64,000 bases of DNA, taken from positions 44,208,001 through 44,272,000 of the forward strand of contig CM052818.1 of assembly GCA_028534125.1 (NCBI GenBank), written 5' to 3'. Of this stretch, positions 23,943 through 36,989 are shown piece after piece. The notes beneath the pieces were generated by a model. It worked only from the letters and a program-made list of their open reading frames with translations, had not been told where the DNA came from and did not search any database. The translations under genes and the position numbers were made by a program. This DNA comes from Lama glama (lineage: Eukaryota). The first letter of the stretch is position 1; every line of letters begins with the position of its first letter.

Positions 23943-26059
23943 CGTGAAAGGAATGTTATAAGAACTACAGAGTGCAAAGAATTACAAGTGCAAATAAAAC
24001 ATGGAGATGGCTGTGCAAAACATGTTTTAAGATAGTCCAGGTAATACCCAAGAAAATATAATGCTTGAAAATTATAAAAACTCTGCCGTGAATTAGGGCT
24101 GCTCTGCAGATAAGCTCCTCATCACTGAAAAGTGTGAAATGAATCGTCTCTGAGGACCTATCTGAGGACTCTCAAGATCTTTTTTCTGTTTCTGGGAAAT
24201 GTTTGGATGTAATAAGCTCACATGTAAGATGATATTGTGAAAAATTGCTATGGATAGTGGGTGTTACATGGGGGAGATGTAACTAGACAACTAAGACACA
24301 CTAGCATCATGAATGTCGTGTGTATTATGAAGAATAGAGCTTAAATGTTTACATTCTCTAAATCATGAGTTTTATTGTGAAATAACTGAGCAGGCTCAGT
24401 GGGTCTTTTTGCTCACAGCCTCTCCCTACCCCTTCTGGTCCAGATGCCATCAGCTTTTCTAACTCCTGCATATACCATTTAATTCTCGGGACACTCTGTC
24501 AGGTACTACTTGCCACATGTTACAGATTAGAAAAATGAGGTTCAGAGATGCTCCCAGGGCACATTTCTCATCAGATAGGAATCTTGTAAGGCCTTAAATT
24601 GAAATTTCTTGAATCCTAATCTCCCATCTCTCCATTAAGGTAATTAAATGACTATTCTATGTTCCTGCATGCCCTTTCATATGGCACCAGCCCTAGACAC
24701 AAATAAACAAAAGTAGTAACTGGATATGACGTGGTCTGTGAACAAGGGCGTCAGCTAAGGAAGATGATGGCCCTAAACACCAGCTGCAGAGGCTCTGTGT
24801 GCAGGGTGGACGTGCAGCAAACGTCCTGAGAAGTCCAAACCTCATTCTTCCTCCTAAGGAAACCCTAAATGAGAATCATCGGAATGCGATAATCATCTGT
24901 AAGGAAAAGATGGTGGGTAAGAATTTGGGTTTTGTTTTTCCATTTTTGTTTTTGAATACAAGTGAGTTAGAATGGCTAGTAACAGACTGTCAAATCCCCA
25001 GAGGATGCGGCCTTTGGCAGTGGCATAAAACAGGCCTCCGTCTTTCCATTAAAGCTGATTGAGCAATGATTCCCAGTCATCAAAAAGGATTCCATTAAGC
25101 TCTGAAGTTCTCTAATAATTTACTCGGTATGCTTTTCAATACTTGGAAAATCTGCATGAGTTTTCCATCTGAGCACCGCAAGAATGACTCATCCTTTTAT
25201 TTTAGCAACGGTTCGGAAACAAATGGGGAAAAGGTGGATGTCAAAGGGGATGGGAGAGGTAGGAGTGTGGAAAGGACTAGAGAAACTGCCAGAATCACCT
25301 TTCATTGCTGAAGAGTGAACTTGTGATCGGAGAACCCAAATGTTAGTCTTGGAAAAAGAGGAAGCTGCACTTTGGGTTTGAAAGAGGTCTATTCATAGAA
25401 GACGTGGTACAAGGAAGTTTAGGTAAGCTTCATCAAGCTAATCCAATGATTCCAATGAAGAGGTTACTGAACCCGGACTCCTTAATCATTCTTAAGAAAA
25501 ATTAGGAACAAAAGCTACAATGCTCACCTCTGCCTCCTACACCTGTTTGGATCCACACTGCTTTATGACAGATGGAGAAGTGTTATTTCAGAAATATTTT
25601 AAGAAGCCCCTCAAACTTCCTTGGGCATGACCAGATAACCCATCTCTCATTGGGAAAGTTGCTTAAAATAAGTACTGCTGTAAACCCCTAGCACCCATAA
25701 TTTAATCTCCTATTTATGATTATTTATTCATGTGTAGATTGGTTATTTACCATATAAAAATGGAAGCACATGACTATAAATTAACCAAAATGCCTTTGAA
25801 TTACCCAAAATGCCTCCCACATGTTGTCAGCAGGTGGCTAGATTTTTGTGTTAAATAAAATAATTCAGGGCAAAACTAGGAAATGATTATTTAGCTGTTA
25901 CTATCTAGAACAGTGGCCACTTGGATTAACTTTTTTGCCAAGCACTCAGATAAGAATGCTCTTTCGTGGTTTTAGTTGTGAGCAACCTGCCTTGGGATGG
26001 ACAGAGAAGCCCTTTTCAAATATTTCAAAGCACTGTGCAGTCCTTCTGGGAGACTGTGA

Positions 26060-26280
26060 AGTACAGTGGGGAAATATTATATTTTGGAGTCAGGTGGACA
26101 TGAATTCAAATGCCCGCTTGACCTCCACATGGTGAGGTGTTGTTGGAAAATGGATCTCTTTCTTCCTGTGTTACAATTCTTGGTGAGGAGTGAATGCCAT
26201 TGTGAAAAGTAAAGTTAGCATATGCAAAGAACTTAGCAAAGTGTCTAACATGCAGGAAACTCTTGGTAAATGTTTGTGAC
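26060..26280 (+). mobile_element. MIR SINE
   Basis: ttggagtcaggtggacatgaattcaaat...gaacttagcaaagtgtctaacatgcagg. Confidence 0.6.
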
Positions 26281-26879
26281 AAAAATGTCACATGGTACTT
26301 CAGAGTTTATATAGCAGTTTATGCATTAATTCTTCTGACCACTAGTTTGCATAACCATTGGAGTATTATCAAAGCAGATAGCACTGGAAAACTACAGTTG
26401 AGATAATTAGAATGAAATAATACAGATAAAAGAAATTAAAATAGTAAAATGTTAATGTAAGATTTTTATTTTTTACAGTATGTCATGCATGCACAAAAAG
26501 ATTTACTGAAAAAAAAAACTCTCAGTTCAAGCATTAAGAGTAAAGGATAAAAGTTTTAAATTCTTTTTAATATACAGCTGAGTTTGTTTAAAAAAATAAA
26601 AGTAAAATTGCAAAAGCCAAAAATAAAAAGTGAGATGGAACTTAGAGCTTTGGGCTGGATTCAAGGCTACTGAAGTAGCAACTGCTGACCTGATTAAGCC
26701 AGACCCAGGAGATGCAACAACTCCGTGGGCAGCTCGCTGGGCTGGTAAGATGCGGAGCTGGAGCTGAGACATACCGTCCCAAGTCAGCACTCTCAGTGGC
26801 CAAAACTTGACAGAAATGATGAACTAGATAATACCCACCCATCAATAAAGACAGACAAGGGACTTTTCTTTGTCGTATT

Positions 26880-28210
26880 AAAAAAAAAGTCTCTTCTAAG
26901 AATTAATTAGCATAGAAAATATTATAATATGTGGAGGAGGGATAGTGACCAGAGGTGAAATATTCTGCAGTCTTGCTAGTGAGGAGGATGGTGGAGGGAA
27001 CACTTAACTATACGTTTTGTAAGCTGAGTATACACACTCTACTTTAACAGTAACCACCAGAATACAAACAGTGGTTATAACTTCAAAACTAGAAGACATG
27101 TACAAATATAACTTTTTTTTAAATCTTCAATCCCTTAAGAAAAAATAATCATAAAGGAAGATAAAAGAACAGAAAACATAATAGAAACTATAATATAGTA
27201 TAGAAAATATAAATTCTGTTATATAAGTGATTACAAGATACAAATTAACTGAATTTGCACTTTCAAGACAGAGGTTACAAAATTAGAATGTTAAAAATCA
27301 AATGAAAAATCAAATCAGATGGTATCAAATGAGATATGATGTTAATAAAAATTTCAGTGTCTTGTGGAAGATAAAGTAAAAGAAGTCTCTCAGAAAATAA
27401 AACAGAAAGATAAAAAACAAGAAAATAATAGAAGTTGAGTGAGACAACTAGATGATTAGTTTAGAAAGTCTAACATCCAAATGCAAGAAATTCTGCAAAC
27501 ACAGAATAAAGAAAACAGAGGAGACAAAAATGTCAAAGTATGGTCTATAACCACATCATTAAGCTACAAGTCAATACTGAAAAGGTATCTAAAACATTCC
27601 AAATATTTGGAAATTAAACAATTTCAACACAACCTATAGTTCAAAGAAAAAATAATAAGGAACATTTTAGAATAATTTAAACTTAATGATGAAAACACAA
27701 CATATCAAAAACTGTGGGATGCTGTTAGAATAGTGCCTGGAGGGAAATGCGCAGTGTTATATGCCTGTATTAGGAAAGAAGTAAAAAGTAAATGAACTAA
27801 GTTTCCTCCTAAAAAAAAAAAAAAAACAAAGGAGGAAAATAAGTCCACAGAAAATAGAAGAACAGAAGAATGTAAAACAAAAAAATTCAAGAGCAGAAAT
27901 ATGAAATAGAAAAAAAGTCAATGGAGAAAATTAATGTAACAAAGGCAATTCTCTGAAGACACCAACAGATTTGATACAGTGCTTGTCAGACAACAAGACA
28001 AAAGAGAAAGAGACACATTACCAGTAACGAGAATGAGAAAGGGCATGGCAGAGACTCTGATCTGAGACAGCCAATGGATCAATGGAACAGAGTAGAAAGC
28101 TCAGAAAGATACCCGCACATATACAGTGGATATATTATATGTAACCTAATTGGTACAGAAAATCAGTAAAACATGTTGACATTGTTCCTTGATGATATTG
28201 GGACAATGGA
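26880..28210 (+). mobile_element. Old L1 (L1M) fragments, ORF1/ORF2 region
   Basis: acaacatatcaaaaactgtgggatgctg...gggaaatg, gatcaatggaacagagtagaaagc; ORF2-like and decayed. Confidence 0.75.
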
Positions 28211-28229
28211 ATAGACAGGGTGAGAGTAT

Positions 28230-28647
28230 TGCCCACATCCCCTCAGGTATAAACGTTAAGACACAAACACTCTGACTGCCAACTGCATAAGGAATTTTTC
28301 AAACAGTGGAAGCTGGCTTTACCTTGCCAGTAGCAATCCAGAAGAGGAGAAATAATACCTCCTCAACTAATGAGTAATACTAGTTGGTATGTAAACGTTT
28401 CAGCTCTCTCACCACTTGAGTGGATAAGTGGATAAATCTGAGATTCCATTTCTGCCCTGACTCCCGCAGTTCCCGTGAGATTAATCTCTCACTCCTCACA
28501 ATGGAAACTAGTTTGATTCTGTATTTGTCATTGGCTGCCTTCCCCTCCTGGTTTCTTCCCTAATACTACTCCAGATTCACTTCTTAAATAAGCTACTTGT
28601 TCTCCAGTCATTTTCTTGTCGTCTTTGGAGTGGGCAACCAAGACTGT
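28230..28647 (+). mobile_element. ERVL LTR (LTR16-like)
   Basis: gcccacatcccctcagg...ttggctgccttccc...cacttcttaaataagctacttg...gggcaaccaagac. Confidence 0.6.
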
Positions 28648-28754
28648 TACTGTTTAAAATATTAAAAAAAAAAAAAAGAGAGAGAGAGAGATGAAAGAAA
28701 GGAAGGACAGAAGGAAAGAAGAAGGCAGAGAATGGCAGAATTTTTTTTTAATAA

Positions 28755-29525
28755 TCAAACTATCTGCTACCTATGGGAGACAACTTTAGATTTAAAGTCA
28801 CAAATAGATTGAAATTTAACATATTAAAAAGGTAACCAAACAGTAATGGAAAAAAAGGTAGAATAGGTATATTTACATTTTGAAAAATAAATAGACTTTA
28901 ACTTAAAACTGTTACTAAAGACAGAGAAGGATATTGTATAATAAGAGAATCAGGAAAATATAACAATTACATATGCATCTAACAACAGAACTTCTAATCA
29001 CATAACACAAAAGGGATACAGTTGAAGGGAGAAATAGACAAATCAACAAAAATACTTGGAGATTTCAATATCACATTTTCAATAACTGATTTAAAAAATC
29101 CAGACTGAAGATCAATAAGAAAACAGAACACTTGAACAGCACTGTAAACCAAGTTCACCCAAAAGACGTCCATAAAACCATCTACCCAATAACAGCAGAG
29201 TACACATTCTTTTCAAGTGAACGTGGAGCATTTCTCACGATAGACTATACATTAGGCCACAAAACCATTCTCAGTAAGTTCAAAAGGATTGAAATCATGC
29301 CAATTATGTTCTCTGACCTCAACGGAATGAAATTAGAAATCAGTAACAGAAGGAAATCTGGGAAATTCATAAATACGTGAAAATTAACAACACATTTTAA
29401 ATAACCAATGGATTACAGAAGAAATCACAAGGAAAATTAGAAAATACTTTGAAAGGAACAAAATTGAAAACACAACATACCAAGATTTACACAGAAAAAA
29501 CAGTGCTTAAAGGGAAATTTAGTTG
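28755..29525 (+). mobile_element. L1 ORF2 endonuclease-domain fossil
   Basis: ORF 29132-29380 YPITAEYTFFSS...IDYTLGHKT.LSKFKRIEI...FSDLNGMKLEI matches the L1 ORF2p APE-type endonuclease C-terminus; upstream ggagatttcaat encodes GDFN. Confidence 0.92.
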
Positions 29526-29902
29526 CACTGCATTATAGTGACAAATACCATGTTTGGCCAGGACGTACAGCAAGAGAACTGTTAGACTCTGCTGGTGAGA
29601 GCACACGTTAGAGAGAAAACTGCACTAACTAATGCATTTGAAGGTGCTACCCTAGATCAACTCTTCCCTTCTAGGCACATATTATACATATGCACCAAAA
29701 TATGGTATATGATTGTTCAGATTCGCATTGATTTTTAACAGTAAAAAAATCAGAAATTACCTATGTCACATCCACAGACAAATAGTTAAATAAACTGAAG
29801 AATTTTTATGTAATGGAATACTAGCAAGAACTGAAAGGAAAGGAATAAAAATCAATATTGCTACATTTATTTATGTATATATGTCACAAAGAACTATGTA
29901 TA

Positions 29903-30235
29903 TGGTAATCCCCCTTATCCAGCATTTTGCTTTCCGCAGTTTCATTTACCCACACTCAACCATGATCTGAAAATATTAAATGGAAATTCCAGAAATTCCA
30001 ATTCATACATTTTAAATTGTGTGCTATTCTGAGTAGCATAATGAAATCTTATGCTGTTTCAGTCCCTCCTGCCCAGGACGTTCATCATCCCTTTACTCAA
30101 CATATCCACCCTGTATACACCAATCACCCCTTAGAATGGGAGAGAAAAACATGATATTATAAGGTTTGGTACTATCCCTGCTTTCAGACATCCACTGGGG
30201 CAATATATCCCCTGTGAATAAGAGGGGGCTACTGT
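29903..30235. mobile_element. MER44-like TcMar-Tigger element nested in old L1 3' sequence
   Basis: gtaatcccccttatcc...gaaaatattaaatggaaattccagaaat...gaataagagggggctactgta; inverted termini with TA flank. Confidence 0.8.
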
Positions 30236-30689
30236 ATATCCATATGTATATTTCACAAAGGAAAAACTGGGCATTAAAAAGTCAAGTTGCAAAAGAATAC
30301 ATTGGTATGACATCATTCCTATAAAATTTTTAAATACCCAAAATAATATCAACTTTTTTAGAGATATGTATACATATTTATAACAGTTAATGGAAATTCA
30401 TGAAAGAACATGTAATCCAGGTGAGTGATGGCATTTGGTGTGAGGCTGGGAGAGAAGGGAATGCCCTAAAGACAGGACCCACAGAGGACTCCAATTAAAC
30501 TATTTCTTAAGCTGGTACATGAGCACATCCCTTATATATTTTTATATAATAGAATTAACCATTTTTAATTTTTAATTAAGAATATAAATACTTTAATCGC
30601 TGAACTAAACAGATCCTTCTTGAAAATGAGTCATTCAGAATTGCAGATAATTACATTTATAGCCTGGAGAAACTTTGGAAGACAATAGC

Positions 30690-31120
30690 CATGACTTTCT
30701 AATAAGACATGGAGGAAAGGGAAAGAATATGGAGAAGGAATTCGAGGGTCAATCACTGGCTAAGGAAAAGAGGAGGAAATGCAGATTTGGAGAGAAAGTG
30801 ATGAGTTCAGACCAACATGTATTAAACTGGTAGAGCCTGTGGGACACCGTGATGGGCTACTAGAATTGTCGTCTAGCGCTGAGAAACTGGGAACATTTAT
30901 TCAGACGTCACCTACACAAACATGGTAGTTTCAACCCTGGGCATGGATGGGTTTCTTTAAGAAGAGCATGGGTAGGGGGAAAAGTACTATGGTGTGGAAA
31001 ATCACTTGCCAAGAAAAGAAAGATTGTCAAGAAGGGGATCACCAACTCTGCCAAATGTTGTTGAAAGATCACATGAGAAAAGTACTGGAATTGTCTTTTG
31101 AGTTTAGTACTATGAGTATG
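30690..31120 (-). mobile_element. L2 fragment
   Basis: Purine-rich antisense L2 pattern: cagatttgggagagaaagtgatgagttcag...tagagcctgtgggacacc...accaactctgccaaatgttg. Confidence 0.5.
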
Positions 31121-33399
31121 TCAGATTATTTTAAGATACGAAGCCGCAAGAACCCTAAATTCACTTTGGTAATGACTTGATTGCCAGAATTAAGGAAAAT
31201 AAGGAGCTAGGATAGAAATAGTCCCCTGAAGAGTGATGGTCACCCCCAAACCAGGAGGCCTCATAGAGGAGGCTCTACTCAGAAAATGAATTTATAAAAA
31301 GAGAGGGAGCCTCTTTCTCTTTGTTCCCACATGTATTCCTTTAAGAGAGGGTTTATGGTTGATGTGGGATGGTTTGCCACTATCCAACATGGATGGACAG
31401 TTAATGGTAGTCAATGCCACACCATTTTTGACACTTTTGACTGCCCTTATGCCCATGTTGGTAGCTCCTCACTAAGTTCTAGGGCAGTTAGCCGACATCA
31501 GGAAAACAGGATGGGTTTCACTTGATTTAAGTCATAAGCTGCATAAATGCCTGCAATAAAGTATTTCTGGGATTGCCAAAAGCTGCGAGAGGTACCTGGC
31601 AAGAGGCTCACTCTTCCCTCTACCTTACGTTGTCACCACTCAACCTCTTTAGGAATGGCAGTCTTAAAATTCTTTCCCTAAATATACTTCCTTTAAATTT
31701 TTTCCTTTAATCATCCATGTATAGAAAAATGCTAATTTTACACTCTGTAATTTGTGCTAAGTTGAACCGACTTTAAAACATGAAATGATTTGTATCTATT
31801 TTAAAACATGAAGCGAACAGTATTTTCTTACGAATTTCTGAGCACAAAAGCAACATTAATTTTACTTTTGTAGTTGGTGACCTTGAACCACAGGTGAAGA
31901 TTTTTGAATGAATTTCGTTAATTGCCTGAAATTAATGAAGAAAGGACAATGGAGACACTCCAAAATTTGACTTGGAAATTACTTTGGCTTAGGAAAGCAA
32001 ATCTGTGCACTGTGACTTTTAAAAATGAATAGAAAATGTTTTAAAACTTATCCAAAACAATAATTATTGTCTATTGCACTTGAAACAAATAATTAACTTA
32101 TTTTTCCTATTTGGCCATACTGAATGAGAGCCATTGTTATTCAATTTATTTTAATATAATTTAAAATAATTATCTTGGTTAATTTTTTATTGATTTAGGG
32201 TATTTCTTTTATTTTTTTTTCCTAATTCAGTAGTTGTTTAGTCATATGGAGGAATTATAAACTGTTTTGGAGCTCTTTATTTCCTTGCAATCAAGTCTCT
32301 AGTGTTTACTGTACTGCACACGTGTGCATAGAAAATAAAAATGTTTTCCTTTTGAAAATTATCTTTTTGTCTTTAAACAGATCACAGAACCACGTTGTTA
32401 AGCATAAATGGAAAATACAGATCTAGTCTAAGTGTAAACTGAGATCAGAGAATACAGTCACTGTACTAATCATACGAAATGTTTGGAGAGATGACTCTTC
32501 CCCATTCTAGATGCTATCTCCACATGGAGAGAACTTCATTCTTCCACCTCAGTTCTTCTACATTGCCCCAGGAGAAGGTAGCGAGTTATCAGACTGATGC
32601 GTTTGAAGAGTGAAACATTCATATCCTTTTCTTTCCTCCTTCTCTTGGGAGCAAGAAGATTCAGAGACACAAATGTATCTTTGTTGTTGGAATCCAGCTC
32701 TTGACATAATAAATGGTCTTTTGCTCCTTGTTTTGAAGGAAGATGAGTCTCACTAATTTTGGCATTAAAATCAGGAAGCATGCTTTCCATCCTGGTGGTA
32801 ATGGTGATAATCCGGTCTCCATCTGACAATTCTTTGTCTTATTTGTCCTTTGACTTAGAACTAAAGTGGGGAAAGAGAAGTGTTTTTACCGGGGCCAAAG
32901 ACTCCACAATAACGATGATATTTATTAAGAATTTTCTACACACCAGATACCATTTTAAAGTCTTTGTGTATTTTACGCAATCTCTGTAACAGCTCAAATC
33001 AAAAAAAAAAAAAACTCTTGGATTTGATAAATAGGTCATGGACTTGCAAGGTCTATTTGCAGAGGGTTGAAGAGCAAAGGACAGGAAGCTGTTAATTTAG
33101 ATCATTCAGGTCATTAAATCTTTGCAGATGAGATATGACTTCCAGTCTTTCATCATTCTGTTTTCCCTTTTCTGGAATTTCTTCAATTTGTGGATAATCA
33201 TGTCATCCTCCAACATTTAGAGTAGGCAAATGACACCACATGCAGTCTGTCCACCAGAGAATGGAGAAGACCATAATTTACCTTATTCTAAACTTTCTGA
33301 ACTTCCACTGAAGCCACCTAAATTTGTCCTAAAATTTGATACATGGACTTAAATCACATGAGCATTCCTTGCTCATTTTATCAAGTAATCAAGCAACAA

Positions 33400-33960
33400 A
33401 ATGCAAAAATACAGAAAGTTTATAATAAACTTGCTATTAACTTCAATTTCACTCTTCCGTTTAGCTGCTATTAAACTCCCAAACTGGGATTACTAGGGAA
33501 AAGTGTTTTTGTAATTTTAATTTTAGTAGATAGTTCTAGATTAATTTTTAGAGAGGGTATAGCAATTCACACTCTTACTAATCTAAGAGTGCTCAGCCCT
33601 ATGCATCCTTTATATATTTTTGTCAGTGTGAGTATTGAAGAATATCATACTATTTCTTTAGTTTGTATTTATCTGACTACTAGGGAGAATGAATACCATG
33701 TTATATGTTTATTAACCATTTTATTTTCTCTTCTATAAATTATTAGTTTCAATAATTTGGCTAAATTTCTATTTGTTTGTCTCTTTTATGAGCTTGTATA
33801 AGCTCTGCATGTATTAAAATATTTTTCTGTCAGCTATGTTGCAAATACGTCCCTATCACTCCTCTTTTGACTTTTTTACAATTTGTCATAAATTTGGTAC
33901 AAATTTTTATTTCTTTTTAAAATATGAATGTTCCTTCCTTAATTTTTAATAAGCTTCTGA
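33400..33960 (-). mobile_element. Old L1 (L1ME-type) fragment
   Basis: tgggattactaggg...gcaattcacactc...ttgtatttatctgactact...gttgcaaata. Confidence 0.6.
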
Positions 33961-36582
33961 GTGAATATACACTTGGGCACGTCTGCAAGAATTCAAGGGT
34001 ACCAACTCCAAAGGTTTCCAAAGGTATCAATAGATTCAACTCATAGGAGCTATAAGGAGTTTATATCGTCACCTTGCCCAACAATGGAGTAAAACAAGTG
34101 CTCTGACCCTCTGGCTTCTGGAATCTGGGGAGCTCCAAGGAGTCATGCTGACTCCTCATGAGGAGTCATGTTGGGCATAAGGGCACGCATTCACGAGCAT
34201 GGTGAACTCACAGTCACCCATCTCAGCCATTCCATGAACTGTATCCTTTCTGCACTAAAAGCAAATACGACAAACAGATTCAACCTGTCCTTCTCTTTAG
34301 GCATCATCTTACAAATCACAATTGTGGATTATTTTATGGTGTGTTGTGGGAAAAAATACTTTAGCATTGCGTTTGAAAATTGTTTTCGCAGAAGATTCAT
34401 TTAATCAATCTTCCAGATATGCCTTGGTGCTTCATCATCTCAAATTCAGGAGCTGAGATTTACAGAAGTGAGAAGTGACAAATCCCAAATAGAACAAATA
34501 AGTGGTAGAGCTGGACTAGGACCCAGCCACGGGTTGCCTTCCAGATACTTAAAATTCTACCTCAAAATTCTATGAATTAAAAGAAAAGGAATAATTAAGT
34601 ATATTCTACTTAAACTCTAAACATTTCAAAGACGCACAATGTCGGGCGGGGCTGTGGGGTAAGGGACACTTCCTTCCACATGTTTCCTTCATGTTTCTTC
34701 TTCCCTTGTAGGTTCCACCTTCTGCAACTGTGACTCACTTCACCAATATTCTTCTGACTGGGTGCAGACGTCAAAGATATAAGCAGATCTAGTTTATAGG
34801 TACTTCGACTTCAACTTTGAGTGAAATTGGTTTCCAGAATCAATGTGGTAACTTTTCCTCTTAGGTTTTCTGTGTTATTGAACGTATTCGTCCTCTTCTT
34901 ATCTGAAAAATGTTTATTGAAGACAGAGCCCCAGGATCTCAAAACAATAAAAAAGTACTTAGGGAAAGAAGAAAACACTCGAAGTAAAACAGTTATTGTT
35001 AAGCTATTGGCTGAAGTTTGTTTCAGCAGAGACCACAAAAAGATGAAGCATGAAGGCAAGGAAAGTACACACTCTGGGCGTGTGCAGACGTGGGACACGG
35101 AGAACCCTGACTCTGCCATTTTTCAACTGCACATGCGCATTGAACTCTGATGACTACGGCAAAAGTGAAGACAGAAGTGCTACCCTTTAAGGGCTTGTCG
35201 CTATGTTCAAAGCTCTGTGCTTTATGTGAATTATCTCACTGAATAGTCATACAACCCTAAAACGCTTCATGAGCCCATTCGGAGAGCCCTTAAGCCGATT
35301 ATGAGCAACAAAACTCGAAGTAACTATCATGGGGCCATCTTCAGGATATTGGGCCTCTGCAAGTAATTGAACTTCTAGAAATACTGTGGTGGTGCAGGCA
35401 CAGGGCAGAATGGGAGAGGTGCTAATTGAAGAGTTTATTAGAGCAAAAGTCATAGGAAATTGAAACCTACCACAGAAATGTGATCTTTACCTGACCACAG
35501 TTCAAACTTGTTAGTTGCAGCTGAAGAGATATATATATAAATATATATATATTTTTTTAAATGAAGTTGCAGTAAGAAATTCATTATACAAGGTACTATC
35601 ATTCTGGAAAGAAAAGTATTATTTAACACATTCCCCATGTGATATGGCTCCAGATTGTAAAATGACTTTTCTGTATTGGAGTTCACTCAAATTCCATCTT
35701 GGGTACAGTGTGCTTACAGATCTAATTCTAAAAATATCCCTTTGTATTTTGGAACTTATAACTAGTCTACTAAGTGGGGGGGGGGGTTGTGGGAGGAAGA
35801 GCTGCAAGTTTCTCATTCTTATTGCTGCTAGGTGAATTGCTATGAAGCACATGATTTACTATCTCTATTATGCCAAACAGATAACATTTTTGAAAAGCTC
35901 GAGGAAATTACTTGAGCGTAGGATTGTTCAGGAACCATACTCAGTGAAATATCCTTTTTCCACCTCTTAAAAGAGCGGATGTTTCACTTCTCAACAGTTA
36001 TTTCCACATTCTTGAAGGTTTTTTGGTTTTTTTTTTTTTTTTTGACTAATGATCCTGGATTTTTGCCAGACTATGGAAAATCCCAGTATAATCAAAGGGC
36101 AGCCATAGCACAGCCCAATGACCTTTTATGAAGCCAAACTATATTGAGGTTTTGGTGCACTGTGTTTTTTCTTGCAGGATATTCTTTGCGTATTTCACAG
36201 CAGTTTGGGTAGAACTACAAATCAAGAGTAAGACATGAAGGTATCACTCAGTTAAAATGTAAGAAGTCCTCCTGACTCCTAGGTGGCTTTATTTTAGAGA
36301 AAAGGTAGAACAAATCAAATCCAACACACTTGAACAAGTATGTACCAATTCATGCAGTTACATGAAGTGTTTGTGTTAACTGGTTGTCTTTAATAGACCT
36401 ATTCTGCATACTGAAGTATATTCTAGGAAGAGAGTGATTTTTTCTTATATCTAAAGTTAGCATCAGGGAGGAGGCAGCCCTTGTCACCCGATTCCCCAAC
36501 CTCCCTTCTACGAAAATTTTAAGAAAAGTTTTCAGGCAGAAGAGGACTGTCTCCTTGCCCCTGAAAATTTTGGATTGATGGT

Positions 36583-36760
36583 CTGTCCCTCCAACACTGT
36601 GGCTAGTTAAATTTAGTGTAAGTCAAGTAAAATTGAAAATTAAATTCTTCAGTCATACTAGGCACATTTCAAATGTTAGTGACATGGGCCAGTGGCTACC
36701 ATATGGCACAGTACAGATGTAGAAAGTGACTTCCAATGTGGAAAGTTCTATTAAGCAGAG
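36583..36760. mobile_element. MER3-like hAT-Charlie element
   Basis: cagtcatactaggcacatttcaaatg...ccagtggctaccatatggcacag...ggaaagttctatt. Confidence 0.7.
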
Positions 36761-36989
36761 TTGGTTATTGGCTAAGCATCTTGTGAGCACCAACTATGTT
36801 GATGGTCTACCAAATTCAGAGCTCTCTTGACTTTCTCTTTTTCACACAGAGACAAAAACTGAATGACCTAAATGATTAAAATCAAACATTTAATTCTTCC
36901 ATTATTTCATGTTAATCAAATTCTCTATTAATTAATTAATTATCATTAGTATAGAGTCTCTCAACCAAGACAACCTCATTAGACTGTAG

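Noticed and set aside
29132..29380. Functional endonuclease CDS
   Set aside because: Fragment of decayed L1 ORF2 with surrounding stops and frameshifts; the catalytic SDH reads SDL.
32381..32577. Ig-V-like peptide TVTVLIIRNVWRDDSSHSRC
   Set aside because: In-frame stop, the D-x-G-x-Y-x-C motif is not intact, and there is no B-strand Cys/Trp. Kept only as a generic exon-like segment.
32661..32822. Minus-strand 53-aa ORF METGLSPLPPGW...TIYYV, resembling a WW domain
   Set aside because: The spacing between PLPPGW and YYV is far too long and the terminal W-x-x-P is absent; likely coincidence.
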